A stretch of 39,602 bases of DNA from Planctomycetota bacterium (GCA_965223545.1 CBDCWY010000001.1:1-39602); one strand, 5' to 3'; positions 1-7,977 are shown, numbered from the stretch's first letter. Notes: generated by a model from the letters alone, not told the origin. Made by a program: numbers and translations.

Positions 1-1513
1 CCCCGCTGTCGAGGCGGTTGAACGCCCCCGACATGGCGTCGACCTGGTCGTCGTGCACCGCGCCTCCGTCGGGGTCGAACGCCTCCAGCTCCTCGAGCAG
101 TCGGTTGGTCCAAGGCGCGCGGGCGATCTTCACGAGTCCGTTCTCCGCCGCGGATGATAGCCGCGCAGCGCGCGTTCCCTTGTCCTTGGTGACCCGCTCG
201 CCCGAGACGCGGTGCCCGCGGAGCACCCGCGCGACGATGTGGTGGTACGCCATCTTGCCGCTCGCGCCGCCCTCGACCTCGATCACCTGGTGGAAGCCTC
301 GGCCGTCCGCGTCGGCGACGGCGCGCAGCCGTGCCTCGACCGTGGCGGGGCTCCCGCGGAACCTGACGACGTCCTCCACCCACCAGCAGTCGGCGTAGCG
401 GGCCATGCGCAGCCCGACGGTGTAGTCGGGGTCGCTCCCGCCCTTGGCGGCGGTGGCAGCGAGGTCCCAGAACCGGACGCGGGGCGCGTTGCGCGGCACC
501 ACCTGGTCGGTGATCTCGAACCACTCGCGGCGGAACACCTTGCCTTCGTCGGCCTGCGGTCGCTGCTGGTAGAGGGCGGACCAGGTCGCGGGCCGCTCCT
601 GAAACGGGCGGAACGAGGCGAGCGAGAAGCGGGACGGCCAGAGCGCCTGCCCGGCGGAGCGGCCGATCTCGTCCCGGAGCTCGCCGTCCTCGCCGCGGGT
701 CCAGCCTGGCGGCACGCCGTTCGGCCAGTCGACCCGGGAGCCGTCGGCGCGCGACTCGTGGGCGGGCAGCTCGCAGACGGCGGGCAGGCGCACGACGGTC
801 ACGGGGTTGGCCTCGCTGTCGTTCGACGCCTCGGCGACGATGCGGCCCGCGAGGTCGTCCTCGTGCCAGCGGGTCATCAGGACCACGATGAGCGCGTGCG
901 GCTCGAGGCGCGTCGCCAGGACGTCGGTGAAGGTCGACCAGTGATCCTCGCGGTTCTGGCGACTGAACATCTGCTTCCTGTCCTTGACCGGGTCGTCGAT
1001 CAGGATCACCCGGGCCCGCCAGCCGGTGATGCCGCCGGTCATGCCCGCCGCGAACAGGCCGCCGCCCTGCGTGGTGTTCCAACGCGACTTCGCCCGCGAG
1101 TCGGGAGCCAGGCGGACGCGGAGCGCGTGGGCATGGTCGCTGACGATCTTGCGGACCTGGCGCGCGTTCCTCTGAGCCAGGTCGTGGCCGTGCGACACGC
1201 CGATGATCCGCGTCGTCGGGTCGCGCTCGAGCATCCACGCGGGCAACCACTGCGAGAGGTAGGACGACTTGCCGTGCCCGGGCGGCATCATCGCGACGAC
1301 GGTGCGTGGCACCGGGCTCGTCCGCGAGAGGACGTACTCGCGGAGGACGACGGAGTTCAGGTAGTCGAGGTGCGGGGCGCGCCGCCAGGGCTCGGCCTCA
1401 TGCCGGGTCAGGTGCTCCGCCATCGCCGCGGGACTCGCGCGCCAGTACTTTCGCAAGAGCGTCGACCGCGAGAGCTGCGTCAGGGCTTGCGAGGGCGGCG
1501 TCGAGCCAGTCAT
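1..1513 (-). CDS. terL: Terminase large subunit (wraps the window end; stop at 39598-39600; start ATG 1513 or 1423)
   Basis: Absent from the ORF track because it has no stop inside the window. Manual translation gives Walker A MMPPGHGKSS, Walker B ILIDDP, MTRWHEDDLAG, ALYQQRP, RFWDLA and the nuclease-end motif HDDQVDAMSGAF. Confidence 0.95.
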   Translation of the reverse strand, partial: MTGSTPPSQALTQLSRSTLLRKYWRASPAAMAEHLTRHEAEPWRRAPHLDYLNSVVLREYVLSRTSPVPRTVVAMMPPGHGKSSYLSQWLPAWMLERDPTTRIIGVSHGHDLAQRNARQVRKIVSDHAHALRVRLAPDSRAKSRWNTTQGGGLFAAGMTGGITGWRARVILIDDPVKDRKQMFSRQNREDHWSTFTDVLATRLEPHALIVVLMTRWHEDDLAGRIVAEASNDSEANPVTVVRLPAVCELPAHESRADGSRVDWPNGVPPGWTRGEDGELRDEIGRSAGQALWPSRFSLASFRPFQERPATWSALYQQRPQADEGKVFRREWFEITDQVVPRNAPRVRFWDLAATAAKGGSDPDYTVGLRMARYADCWWVEDVVRFRGSPATVEARLRAVADADGRGFHQVIEVEGGASGKMAYHHIVARVLRGHRVSGERVTKDKGTRAARLSSAAENGLVKIARAPWTNRLLEELEAFDPDGGAVHDDQVDAMSGAFNRLDSG

Positions 1514-1982
1514 CCTGCGCTCCACGGTTCACGATCTCGATGCGCTCGTCAACCTGGCCGTACGCCTGGCGCTCGATCTGCACAGAGGTGACGAGCCAAA
1601 GGCGGGCGGTTTCCGGAGAGAGGTGCGGCGGTTCCTTCCGTTCGCCCGCTTCGTACTCGTCCCACCCACGATTGAACTCCAGAAGCTGGCGCTTCACGAG
1701 GCCGCCCAGTAGCTCGGCCATCTCGCAATGCCGTGCGCGGGCCCGCCTGGCCGCATGAACGGTCCTTCGCCGCGCCTGCTTGTCGATGTGCTCGTCCCAC
1801 TCGGCGATCCGCTCTCGCCAGTTCCACTTGGCGGACCACGTCGCCATGAGGCTCTGCGACTTCTGGACCGCTTCGGCGGCGAGCGCGTGGGTTCGGTCGT
1901 CGCCCGCGTCGCGGTAGGCGACGAAGGCGGCGAACGCCTTGGCGCTCTCGCCGGGCTGGCGGCCACCGGGCTCGGGTCTCAT
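1398..1982 (-). CDS. terS: Terminase small subunit
   Basis: GESAKAFAAFVAYRD...WSAKWNWRER pattern typical of HTH-type TerS; immediately upstream of TerL. Confidence 0.8.
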   Translation of the reverse strand: MRPEPGGRQPGESAKAFAAFVAYRDAGDDRTHALAAEAVQKSQSLMATWSAKWNWRERIAEWDEHIDKQARRRTVHAARRARARHCEMAELLGGLVKRQLLEFNRGWDEYEAGERKEPPHLSPETARLWLVTSVQIERQAYGQVDERIEIVNRGAQDDWLDAALASPDAALAVDALAKVLARESRGDGGAPDPA

Positions 1983-1988
1983 GGCGCG

Positions 1989-1997
1989 ATCGTATCA
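1989..1997 (-). promoter_or_regulatory. Extended -10 element (TG-A-TACGAT) 6 nt before the terS ATG; probable leaderless promoter
   Basis: The minus strand reads TGATACGAT-CGCGCC-ATG with no Shine-Dalgarno. The same 9-mer recurs at 21352-21360. Confidence 0.55.
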
Positions 1998-2214
1998 CCC
2001 TGGCAGGGGCGCAAGAGACACCGCCCGCTGCGAGACATTCCTGGGGAGGAAATCGCAACGGGCGGCAGAGGCACCCCCGCAAGCGCGGGGGAACTCACGT
2101 GCTGCAGGCGCGCCACGGATGGCGGCCGCTGCACTTCATCAACTTCTCTGAGAGTAGCACTCCCGGGCCGGGTGGGCAAATCGGCGGCGCAGGTCGGGCG
2201 GGGGGCCTCGGGGG

Positions 2215-2601
2215 TCACCGGCGTCGCCTCCTCGGCAGCAGGGGGCGCAGCGGCGGGTAAGACGTCGGATTTGCCATCCTGGGCGTCGCATGCGAGTGCT
2301 CTTCCGCTTCGATTGCTGCCCACATCGGCGGCACGGGCTCACCGCGGGCGCGTGCCCTCGCGGCGCGGCGGACGTCGTTCGCTCCACACGTCTCGATCCC
2401 GTGATAGGTGCCGTGTGCGAACTCAGCGGTTTCCTTCAGCCAGATGGGTTCGTCACCCGCTGAGCACTCTTCGCACAGGCCGAGAACGGCCCAGACGAGC
2501 AGCGCAATCGGTGGGTCTCGCACCGGCCTAACAAGGCGCATTACCTCGGCTCCCGAGCCAGCGACGTACTCGAACAGCTCGAAAGAGCGCTGCACCGTCA
2601 C
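2215..2601 (-). CDS. Hypothetical protein
   Basis: GTG start just after the upstream ASCH stop; last gene of the leftward early operon; no motif recognised. Confidence 0.5.
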   Translation of the reverse strand: MTVQRSFELFEYVAGSGAEVMRLVRPVRDPPIALLVWAVLGLCEECSAGDEPIWLKETAEFAHGTYHGIETCGANDVRRAARARARGEPVPPMWAAIEAEEHSHATPRMANPTSYPPLRPLLPRRRRR

Positions 2602-2602
2602 G

Positions 2603-2989
2603 TCACGCGCCCCCACAGGTGGGCGAGTCGACGTACTCGAACTCGATCCGCGTGACGACGCTGTCCGGGCGGACCTTCATCTCGCCGCAGAACATCACCA
2701 CGAACGCCGCCGGCGTGAACTCGGGGAACCCCTCGCGCTCGCACTCCCGGAGGGCTTCGTGGCCCTGCAACGCAAGCATGTCGCACAGCGGCTCCGTGCG
2801 CACGCTGACGACGCGGATCACGCCGAGGCGGACGAGCCCGCCCTTCTTGATACCCTGCGACTTCTCGACGCCGCAGAGCAGCGTGCCGGGCCGCAGGACC
2901 GTTGACCACCAGGTGCCGCGGCGGCGCGTGACTGTCTTGGTGCGGTCGCGGAACTGCCGCGTGGTGAGGGCGAACGAGAGGTTCCTCAC
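2603..2989 (-). CDS. ASCH/PUA-domain protein, paralogue A
   Basis: MRNLSFALTT...KTVTRR...ECEREGFP...VTRIEFEY; GTGA overlap with the upstream stop. Confidence 0.8.
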   Translation of the reverse strand: MRNLSFALTTRQFRDRTKTVTRRRGTWWSTVLRPGTLLCGVEKSQGIKKGGLVRLGVIRVVSVRTEPLCDMLALQGHEALRECEREGFPEFTPAAFVVMFCGEMKVRPDSVVTRIEFEYVDSPTCGGA

Positions 2990-3471
2990 GACCCCGCCCC
3001 CGGCTCGGCATGGCACGCGCAGCGACAAAACCCGTTGCGGTGCGGGTTCTCTGCGTCCATCACGCCGAGTGAGCATTCATCGCACGCAGTCTGCGTGACG
3101 TACTCGAACTCAATGCGCGTGACGGGCTGCGTGTAGTCCCCTCCCATGTGACGGCAGAAAAACTCGATGAACTCCTCGCCAATCATGCCTGGGAAGCCCT
3201 CGCGCGCGCACTCGCCGCGACCGTCATCCGTGCGCGAACGCGGGTTGCCGTAGTTCTGGATCTCGTACAGGGCCTGAACTTCCACGCCGACGACACGGAT
3301 GACACCGAGCCGGACGAGGCCGCCCTTCTTGATCCCCTGCGACTTCTCGACGCCGCAGAGCAGCGTGCCCGGCCGCAGGACGGTCGACCACCAGACGCCA
3401 CGGCGACGGGTTACCGTCTTGGTGCGGTCGCGGAACTGGCGCGTGGTGAGGGCGAAACTGATGTTCCTCAC
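2986..3471 (-). CDS. ASCH/PUA-domain protein, paralogue B, with C-terminal Cys/His tail
   Basis: MRNISFALTT...KTVTRR...ECAREGFP...VTRIEFEY followed by CDEC...H...CRCACH; GTGA-coupled at both ends. Confidence 0.8.
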   Translation of the reverse strand: MRNISFALTTRQFRDRTKTVTRRRGVWWSTVLRPGTLLCGVEKSQGIKKGGLVRLGVIRVVGVEVQALYEIQNYGNPRSRTDDGRGECAREGFPGMIGEEFIEFFCRHMGGDYTQPVTRIEFEYVTQTACDECSLGVMDAENPHRNGFCRCACHAEPGAGS

Positions 3472-3869
3472 GACGACCCCCCCGGCTCGCTCCACGCCTT
3501 GCCGTATCGCGCCTGGTAGGCGGCGAGGGCGAACGCCATCGGCTCGTTCTCGTGGTCCGCGCTGCCGTCCTGGCCCGGTCGGTCGCCGAGCCCGACCTGC
3601 GCGGTCGCACCGTCGGGAACGGCCGCGACGACGTAGTGGCCGCCGCCTTCCCGCACCCACCGGCGCAGCTCCGCGCTCGCGGCAGGGTCGGTGGAGTAGG
3701 CGAGGACTGACGACTGCTCGACCCACTTCCGCCCGTCCGGCATGACCGTCTCGCGGAACCAATCCCCGTCGAACACAAACCACCGCGTCTCAGCGGCTTC
3801 TGGGTGCTCGGGCAGTAGCTCGGTCTCCCCCACCATCTCCGCCAGCGCGGCGTCGAGGGCGCGGCTCAT
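3468..3869 (-). CDS. Phage ABA-sandwich-domain-like protein
   Basis: LDAALAE...YSTDPAASAEL...EPMAFALAAYQA resembles the family motifs. Confidence 0.55.
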   Translation of the reverse strand: MSRALDAALAEMVGETELLPEHPEAAETRWFVFDGDWFRETVMPDGRKWVEQSSVLAYSTDPAASAELRRWVREGGGHYVVAAVPDGATAQVGLGDRPGQDGSADHENEPMAFALAAYQARYGKAWSEPGGSS

Positions 3870-4681
3870 CGATCACCGCCCTTCTCTTCGCCGAGCAGCG
3901 GGTCGGCGTCCCACTCGTCAGCGGCCTTGGTCAGACGCGCGGCCACGCGCCGCAGCTGGTCCGTCTCCTTGCTCGCGCGGCGATGCGCCCTCGCCCACTT
4001 GACGGCGGCGACGAGCCGGTCGAGCCCCAACCCGTGTTCGAACTCATTGCCGATGAGTAGCCCCGTCTCGGCTTCGAACCTGCGCAGGTTCGCGCGGATC
4101 GCTTTGTACGCCCGGCGGACGCGCGCCTCCGCCGTGTTCGATCGGCTGGCGATCTTGATCGCGCGCTTCTCCGCCTCGGTCTCGATCTCCCGGTGGAGAA
4201 CGGCCACGCGCTCGTTCGACTGCTTCACGGCGCTGCGGAGCAGCCGGGCGAGCAGGGGGTAGGAGAGCGGGGCCGGCTCTCGGAGAGATGCGCGCTGCGC
4301 GACGACAAGCTTGCCGTCGGCGCGCAGCTGGAGCAGCCCCCAGCCCTTCGGCAATTCGTCCTTGCGAACGAGGCCCGTGGGCGCGACGACGTACCAGCGG
4401 TGACAGCGGCGTATCCACGGATCCGCCTTCTCCGGCTGTTTGAGTTCTCGCAGCCAGTCGCTGCGGCCCGCCTTGATCTCGAACCCCAGCACCTCGTAGC
4501 CGCGCGACGCCCAACCTCGAACGCAGAGGGCATCGACGCTGCGCTGGCCCGTGCGCGGACTCGGAACCTCAAAGAGCAGCACGTCGGCGGGCGACTGCCC
4601 GTATCTCTCGGCCTGCTCGTCACGGTAGCGTTCGCTCAGCGCGGCCTCGAGTTCTGCGGTGGTGACGAACGGGCGGCTCAT
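3866..4681 (-). CDS. PD-(D/E)XK nuclease, MmcB-like, with helical C-terminus
   Basis: FEV...VDAL...GFEIKAGRSDWLRELKQPEK...WYVVAP; GGAGG SD before ATG 4681. Confidence 0.75.
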   Translation of the reverse strand: MSRPFVTTAELEAALSERYRDEQAERYGQSPADVLLFEVPSPRTGQRSVDALCVRGWASRGYEVLGFEIKAGRSDWLRELKQPEKADPWIRRCHRWYVVAPTGLVRKDELPKGWGLLQLRADGKLVVAQRASLREPAPLSYPLLARLLRSAVKQSNERVAVLHREIETEAEKRAIKIASRSNTAEARVRRAYKAIRANLRRFEAETGLLIGNEFEHGLGLDRLVAAVKWARAHRRASKETDQLRRVAARLTKAADEWDADPLLGEEKGGDR

Positions 4682-4782
4682 CGCCCCCTCCGCTGCCACG
4701 GCAGGGCGTCGATCGACCCGAGGAACGCCAACGGGACGACGAGCATGATGAGCAGGACGACGACTGTCTCGGGACGCGTCAC
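4678..4782 (-). CDS. 34-aa single-TM peptide (not in ORF track)
   Basis: MTRPETVVVLLIMLVVPLAFLGSIDALPWQRRGR; fills the gap exactly with GTGA and ATGA overlaps. Confidence 0.6.
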   Translation of the reverse strand: MTRPETVVVLLIMLVVPLAFLGSIDALPWQRRGR

Positions 4783-5114
4783 GGCGTCACCCCCTCGGGC
4801 TCGCCGCCCAGCGTTGCGTGAACGGTCGCCAGCGTCGCCATGAGCGCGTCCAGCCGCTTGAGGGCTGCCGGGGGCAGTCCGACCTGTTCAAGTTCCAGGA
4901 CCAGAGCGCCCGCAGCCCCTACCACGCCGAGCGAGGCCAGAAATGTCGTGGAACGCAGACGAGTCACGCGGCCCAACTCCTTCGCGGCCTCGGTGACCTT
5001 CTGCGCGAACTCCGGACTCGGGTTCTCGTGGTGCTGGAAAGCCGCGAACGCGAACCGAGCGTGCGCAGCGTACAGCCGCTGCCGCAGCTCGCCGGGCGTC
5101 GTCGGGGCGGTCAC
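4779..5114 (-). CDS. Hypothetical protein
   Basis: GTGA-coupled on both sides (MTAPTTPGELRQRL...). Confidence 0.6.
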   Translation of the reverse strand: MTAPTTPGELRQRLYAAHARFAFAAFQHHENPSPEFAQKVTEAAKELGRVTRLRSTTFLASLGVVGAAGALVLELEQVGLPPAALKRLDALMATLATVHATLGGEPEGVTP

Positions 5115-5389
5115 TGCTCGCACCCGCATTCGTTCCGCATCTCGTCGTGCTCGTCGCAGTACCCGCCGTCCGTGCAGTAACCGCAGGGCGCGCAGAGGTG
5201 GCACGAACAGCAGCGATCACACGGGCTCTCGTCGAGGAGTCCGAGCAGAGCCGATCTGTCGTAGGCGCGCTGCGCCGGCGCCAACCGCTGCCACCGGCGT
5301 TCGGCCTCCAGGCAGTCGGCGACGTGGGCATCCACCCCGCCGCAACGGGTTCCTCGCTTCGTGAGGCTGGTGCAACGCGGGGCGGTCAC
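5111..5389 (-). CDS. Small Cys-rich (putative metal-binding) protein
   Basis: 92 aa with 13 Cys, including CDRCCSCHLCAPCGYC; GTGA-coupled. Confidence 0.65.
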   Translation of the reverse strand: MTAPRCTSLTKRGTRCGGVDAHVADCLEAERRWQRLAPAQRAYDRSALLGLLDESPCDRCCSCHLCAPCGYCTDGGYCDEHDEMRNECGCEQ

Positions 5390-6072
5390 GACGCACCCCC
5401 GCCCCGCCGCTCCACGTCCACCAGGCGGCGCGTCTCTTCGGGCGGCTCGCCCAGAGAGACCCACTCCGGGCAGCGGCAGCACGACGCCAAGCCGTGCCGG
5501 TTCTGCAACCGGTACAGGTTCCCGTGCCTGCACTCGGCGTAGCCGTTCACGCCGCTGACGTGCAGGTTGATCGACCACTCGGGCAGGCGGGCGTCGGGAG
5601 CAAGCACGTCCAACGCAGCGGGATGCACGACGTAGTCCATCACCTTCGGCTCGGTGGCAGGGGCGGCCTCGGTCGTCTCCACAGGGGGAGCGGCTTCGAC
5701 CTGTTCGGCCGCGCTGCGCGTTGGCGTCGGGTCACCCTCCGCATCGCTTCTCGCCCGTCCCCGCGCCTCGGTTTCCTGCGCTCTCGGACCGGCACCTTCG
5801 TCCCCTGCCGCCGAGCGGGCGCGGATGGCGTCGCGGATCGCCAACGCCTCCAAGCGGCCCTCGTCGTGTAAGGCGCGAGCCATTCCGGCTCGATTGTCTG
5901 CGAGCCGCGTGCACGCCTCTCGCTCCTCTGCCACCCCCTCCGCGCGGGACGCGTCGATGGCCGTCTCCAGCCTCTTGATCTTTGCTCTGAGCCGCTCTCC
6001 CGTGCTGCACGAGAAGACCTCCAAGCACTCGCCGCACCGATACTCGCGGTCGCACTCGCTCGGTTCAGGCAT
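5386..6072 (-). CDS. Hypothetical protein with N- and C-terminal Cys clusters
   Basis: MPEPSEC...CGEC...AEEREAC...AIRDAIRAR...ECRHG...CCRC; its ATG overlaps the readthrough stop of the upstream gene. Confidence 0.65.
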   Translation of the reverse strand: MPEPSECDREYRCGECLEVFSCSTGERLRAKIKRLETAIDASRAEGVAEEREACTRLADNRAGMARALHDEGRLEALAIRDAIRARSAAGDEGAGPRAQETEARGRARSDAEGDPTPTRSAAEQVEAAPPVETTEAAPATEPKVMDYVVHPAALDVLAPDARLPEWSINLHVSGVNGYAECRHGNLYRLQNRHGLASCCRCPEWVSLGEPPEETRRLVDVERRGGGAS

Positions 6073-6469
6073 CGGGCACCGCCTTCCCCTGGGAGTCAAT
6101 TCCCAGCTTCTCCCTCTGCTCTTGGTCCAGGCCGAACGCGACAGCGTCCTCAAGGGTCTCTGACACGGAGACCCACGAGCCGTCCTGTCAGCCCCAGCCC
6201 GACGTGTCGCACCAGCCGTGGGCCGCCACGAACCGACCGTCTTTCAGGCGACCGACCATTGCGCCGTCCCACTCGCCGTAGTAATGCTCAGACCCCCAGA
6301 TGTGCAGCACCTCCTCCACATCACTGCGGGTGACACGGGGATCGCCGGGAGTCCCGGGGGGCTGCATCGAGAAGGCCGTCGCCGTGGCGTTGTATCCGCA
6401 CTCGCCGAAGACCGCCTCCCAGTCTTCATCTCTCAGCTCCTCGACCACGTCCACTTGTTCGTCAGGCAT
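6065..6469 (-). CDS. Candidate selenoprotein, 134 aa, with in-frame UGA at 6188-6190 (residue 94)
   Basis: ...GRLKDGRFVAAHGWCDTSGWG-UGA-QDGSWVSVSETLEDAVAFGLDQEQREKLGIDSQGKAVPDA-stop. A SECIS-like hairpin follows the UGA, and readthrough restores an ATGCCTGA overlap with the next gene. Confidence 0.75.
6140..6190 (-). promoter_or_regulatory. Bacterial SECIS-like recoding stem-loop
   Basis: UGA CAGGACGG CUCG U GGGUCUC [CGUGUCA] GAGACCC U UGAG GACG CUGUC: 7-bp upper stem, GU near the start of the apical loop at +22/+23, and a lower stem GACAG/CUGUC that includes the UGA. Confidence 0.7.
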
Positions 6470-7049
6470 CCTCGCCCCCTTCCGCCGTTGACGTCGGCTT
6501 GCTTTCCGCCCCTGTCTCGGCGGGACGCCACTCGCGCGACTCGCTGTCCCACACACGCGACCCGCGGCGGTCGCCCCGCTCCCACACGTCGAGCGCAGGC
6601 ATCGCACCCGCGCCGATGCCTGCACGGCGGAACGCATCTCCCGGGTTCGTGCCCTCGATGACCTCTGCTTCGCCGTACCTCCAGAACAGGGTGAACTTCG
6701 AGAGAACGGGCGCGCCCTCCGCCCCCGCGAGAGGCGGCGACTGCCCTTCGGGACAGTCCCCGAGGGCTTCGCTCGCCGCCCGCAGCGCACCGAGGCGGAC
6801 GAGACGGAGCTCGCTGTCGAAGACCGGAGAGCCGCCTGACCATCGCGCCGCAAGCGGCCTCAGTGCGTCCTCCAGACGGGCCACGCGGGCGCGGAGGGCG
6901 GTGACCTCTTTCTCGGCCTCGATCCTGGCGAGCCAGATCGCGTCCGGTGCCTCCAGCACCGCCTCGATCCGCCCGTCGATCCCGGGCAGCGCACGGCTCG
7001 CGGCGATCTCCCGCAGGAGCGCGCGGGCGGGGGTGTCGGGGGCGGTCAC
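6462..7049 (-). CDS. Hypothetical protein (coiled coil plus C-terminal phage domain)
   Basis: EVTALRARVARLEDAL coiled coil; C-terminal KFTLFWRYGEAEVIEG...AGIGAGAMPALDVW; overlap-coupled. Confidence 0.65.
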   Translation of the reverse strand: MTAPDTPARALLREIAASRALPGIDGRIEAVLEAPDAIWLARIEAEKEVTALRARVARLEDALRPLAARWSGGSPVFDSELRLVRLGALRAASEALGDCPEGQSPPLAGAEGAPVLSKFTLFWRYGEAEVIEGTNPGDAFRRAGIGAGAMPALDVWERGDRRGSRVWDSESREWRPAETGAESKPTSTAEGGEDA

Positions 7050-7264
7050 CGGATCACCATCTTTCGGATGTCGACGTAGTCGCTTCCGCTCAGCCACCTG
7101 TTCTTGCGCGGCGAACGCTTCCAGTCGCCTCCGAACGTCGTGGTCTCGGCAAGGGCGCGCTTGCGAGCGTCCGCGTACCTGCGGAAGACCCCGATGCACT
7201 CGCCGCCCTCGTGCTGCTCCCCGCTCTCGACGATCCAGACGTACTCGGGCTTCGCCTTGCTCAC
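7046..7264 (-). CDS. Small hypothetical protein
   Basis: MSKAKPEYVWIVESGEQHEGGECIGVF...; GTGA-coupled. Confidence 0.65.
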   Translation of the reverse strand: MSKAKPEYVWIVESGEQHEGGECIGVFRRYADARKRALAETTTFGGDWKRSPRKNRWLSGSDYVDIRKMVIR

Positions 7265-7422
7265 GACGCACCGCCGATCTTCACCGCGACGTGACCCTTG
7301 CGATGCTCGAAGGTCCGCGAGAAGCGGAGAGCGTGGGCTCGGGAGACGAACCGCCCGAAGGTGGTGCAGCCGTTGACGCCCATGATGACGAGGGACCAGG
7401 TGGTGAAGTTCTTGCTCAGCAT
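7261..7422 (-). CDS. 53-aa hypothetical protein (not in ORF track)
   Basis: Strong SD AAGGAGG before ATG 7422; MLSKNFTTWSLVIMG...; its stop overlaps the next GTG. Confidence 0.6.
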   Translation of the reverse strand: MLSKNFTTWSLVIMGVNGCTTFGRFVSRAHALRFSRTFEHRKGHVAVKIGGAS

Positions 7423-7423
7423 C

Positions 7424-7442
7424 GTTGCCTCCTTGGCGTTCT
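7424..7442 (-). repeat. 19-bp repeat copy 1, AGAACGCCAAGGAGGCAAC (contains SD)
   Basis: Exact reverse complement of 9440-9458. Confidence 0.85.
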
Positions 7443-7474
7443 GCGGCGCGCTTCCCCGCGCCTGACGTGGAGAA

Positions 7475-7503
7475 TTTATACCAGCGGCACCGCGAACTGG
7501 TAA
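7475..7503 (-). promoter_or_regulatory. Sigma70-like promoter with an overlapping inverted repeat (possible operator)
   Basis: TTACCA-17 nt-TATAAA with an extended TG, in an AT-rich intergenic gap; TACCAG-N12-CTGGTA (7479-7502) overlaps both hexamers. Confidence 0.6.
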
Positions 7504-7515
7504 GAACTTTCCAAG

Positions 7516-7977
7516 TCACCGGTCCTTTTCTTTCCAGCCGGCGGCGGCCAGGAACGCCCGCGCTTCGTCGACCCAGACAGCGTTCCGGCGCTCGTACAGA
7601 ACGCCGCAGAGCGCCATCCCTGCGGCGCGCCGATCACCGGTCGCCCGGACGGTTGCGAGCAGCACCTGCTTCGACAGGTGACCGACCTCGCGCAGGACGG
7701 GCGGCGCGTCGCGCTCGACGTCGGTTGGGGGCCGGTAGGCGAGCCAGCGCTCGACGTCGGCGTACCAGGCTTCGTCGCGGTGCTGCGGGTGCACGCGGTC
7801 CAGCAGGACCAGGTGGGTGAGACCGGCGCGGTCGAGGTCGACCTTCGGGACGGGCCCGGTCTCTGGCGGGTAGCGGCGGCCGACCGCCTGCCAGAGCCTC
7901 AGCGTGGTCTCGCGTCGAGCCTGTCCGGCGGGCAGGAAGTTCCACTCCTCGGACGTCACGCATTTCCTGGTCCTCAC
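7516..7977 (-). CDS. Hypothetical protein downstream of the replication initiator
   Basis: 153-aa ORF, GTGA-coupled to the initiator gene. Confidence 0.6.
   Translation of the reverse strand: MRTRKCVTSEEWNFLPAGQARRETTLRLWQAVGRRYPPETGPVPKVDLDRAGLTHLVLLDRVHPQHRDEAWYADVERWLAYRPPTDVERDAPPVLREVGHLSKQVLLATVRATGDRRAAGMALCGVLYERRNAVWVDEARAFLAAAGWKEKDR

Noticed and set aside
212..1591. 459-aa plus-strand ORF
   Set aside because: Antisense shadow of terL in high-GC DNA; no motifs.
2044..2058. 15-bp match GGGAGGAAATCGCAA with the reverse complement of 32057-32071
   Set aside because: A single 15-mer match is close to chance expectation in 40 kb. An antisense pairing with the peptide RBS is conceivable but unsupported.
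2800..3471. Diversity-generating retroelement TR/VR pair
   Set aside because: No reverse transcriptase is present; the differences are mostly synonymous and not adenine-specific; both copies are coding.
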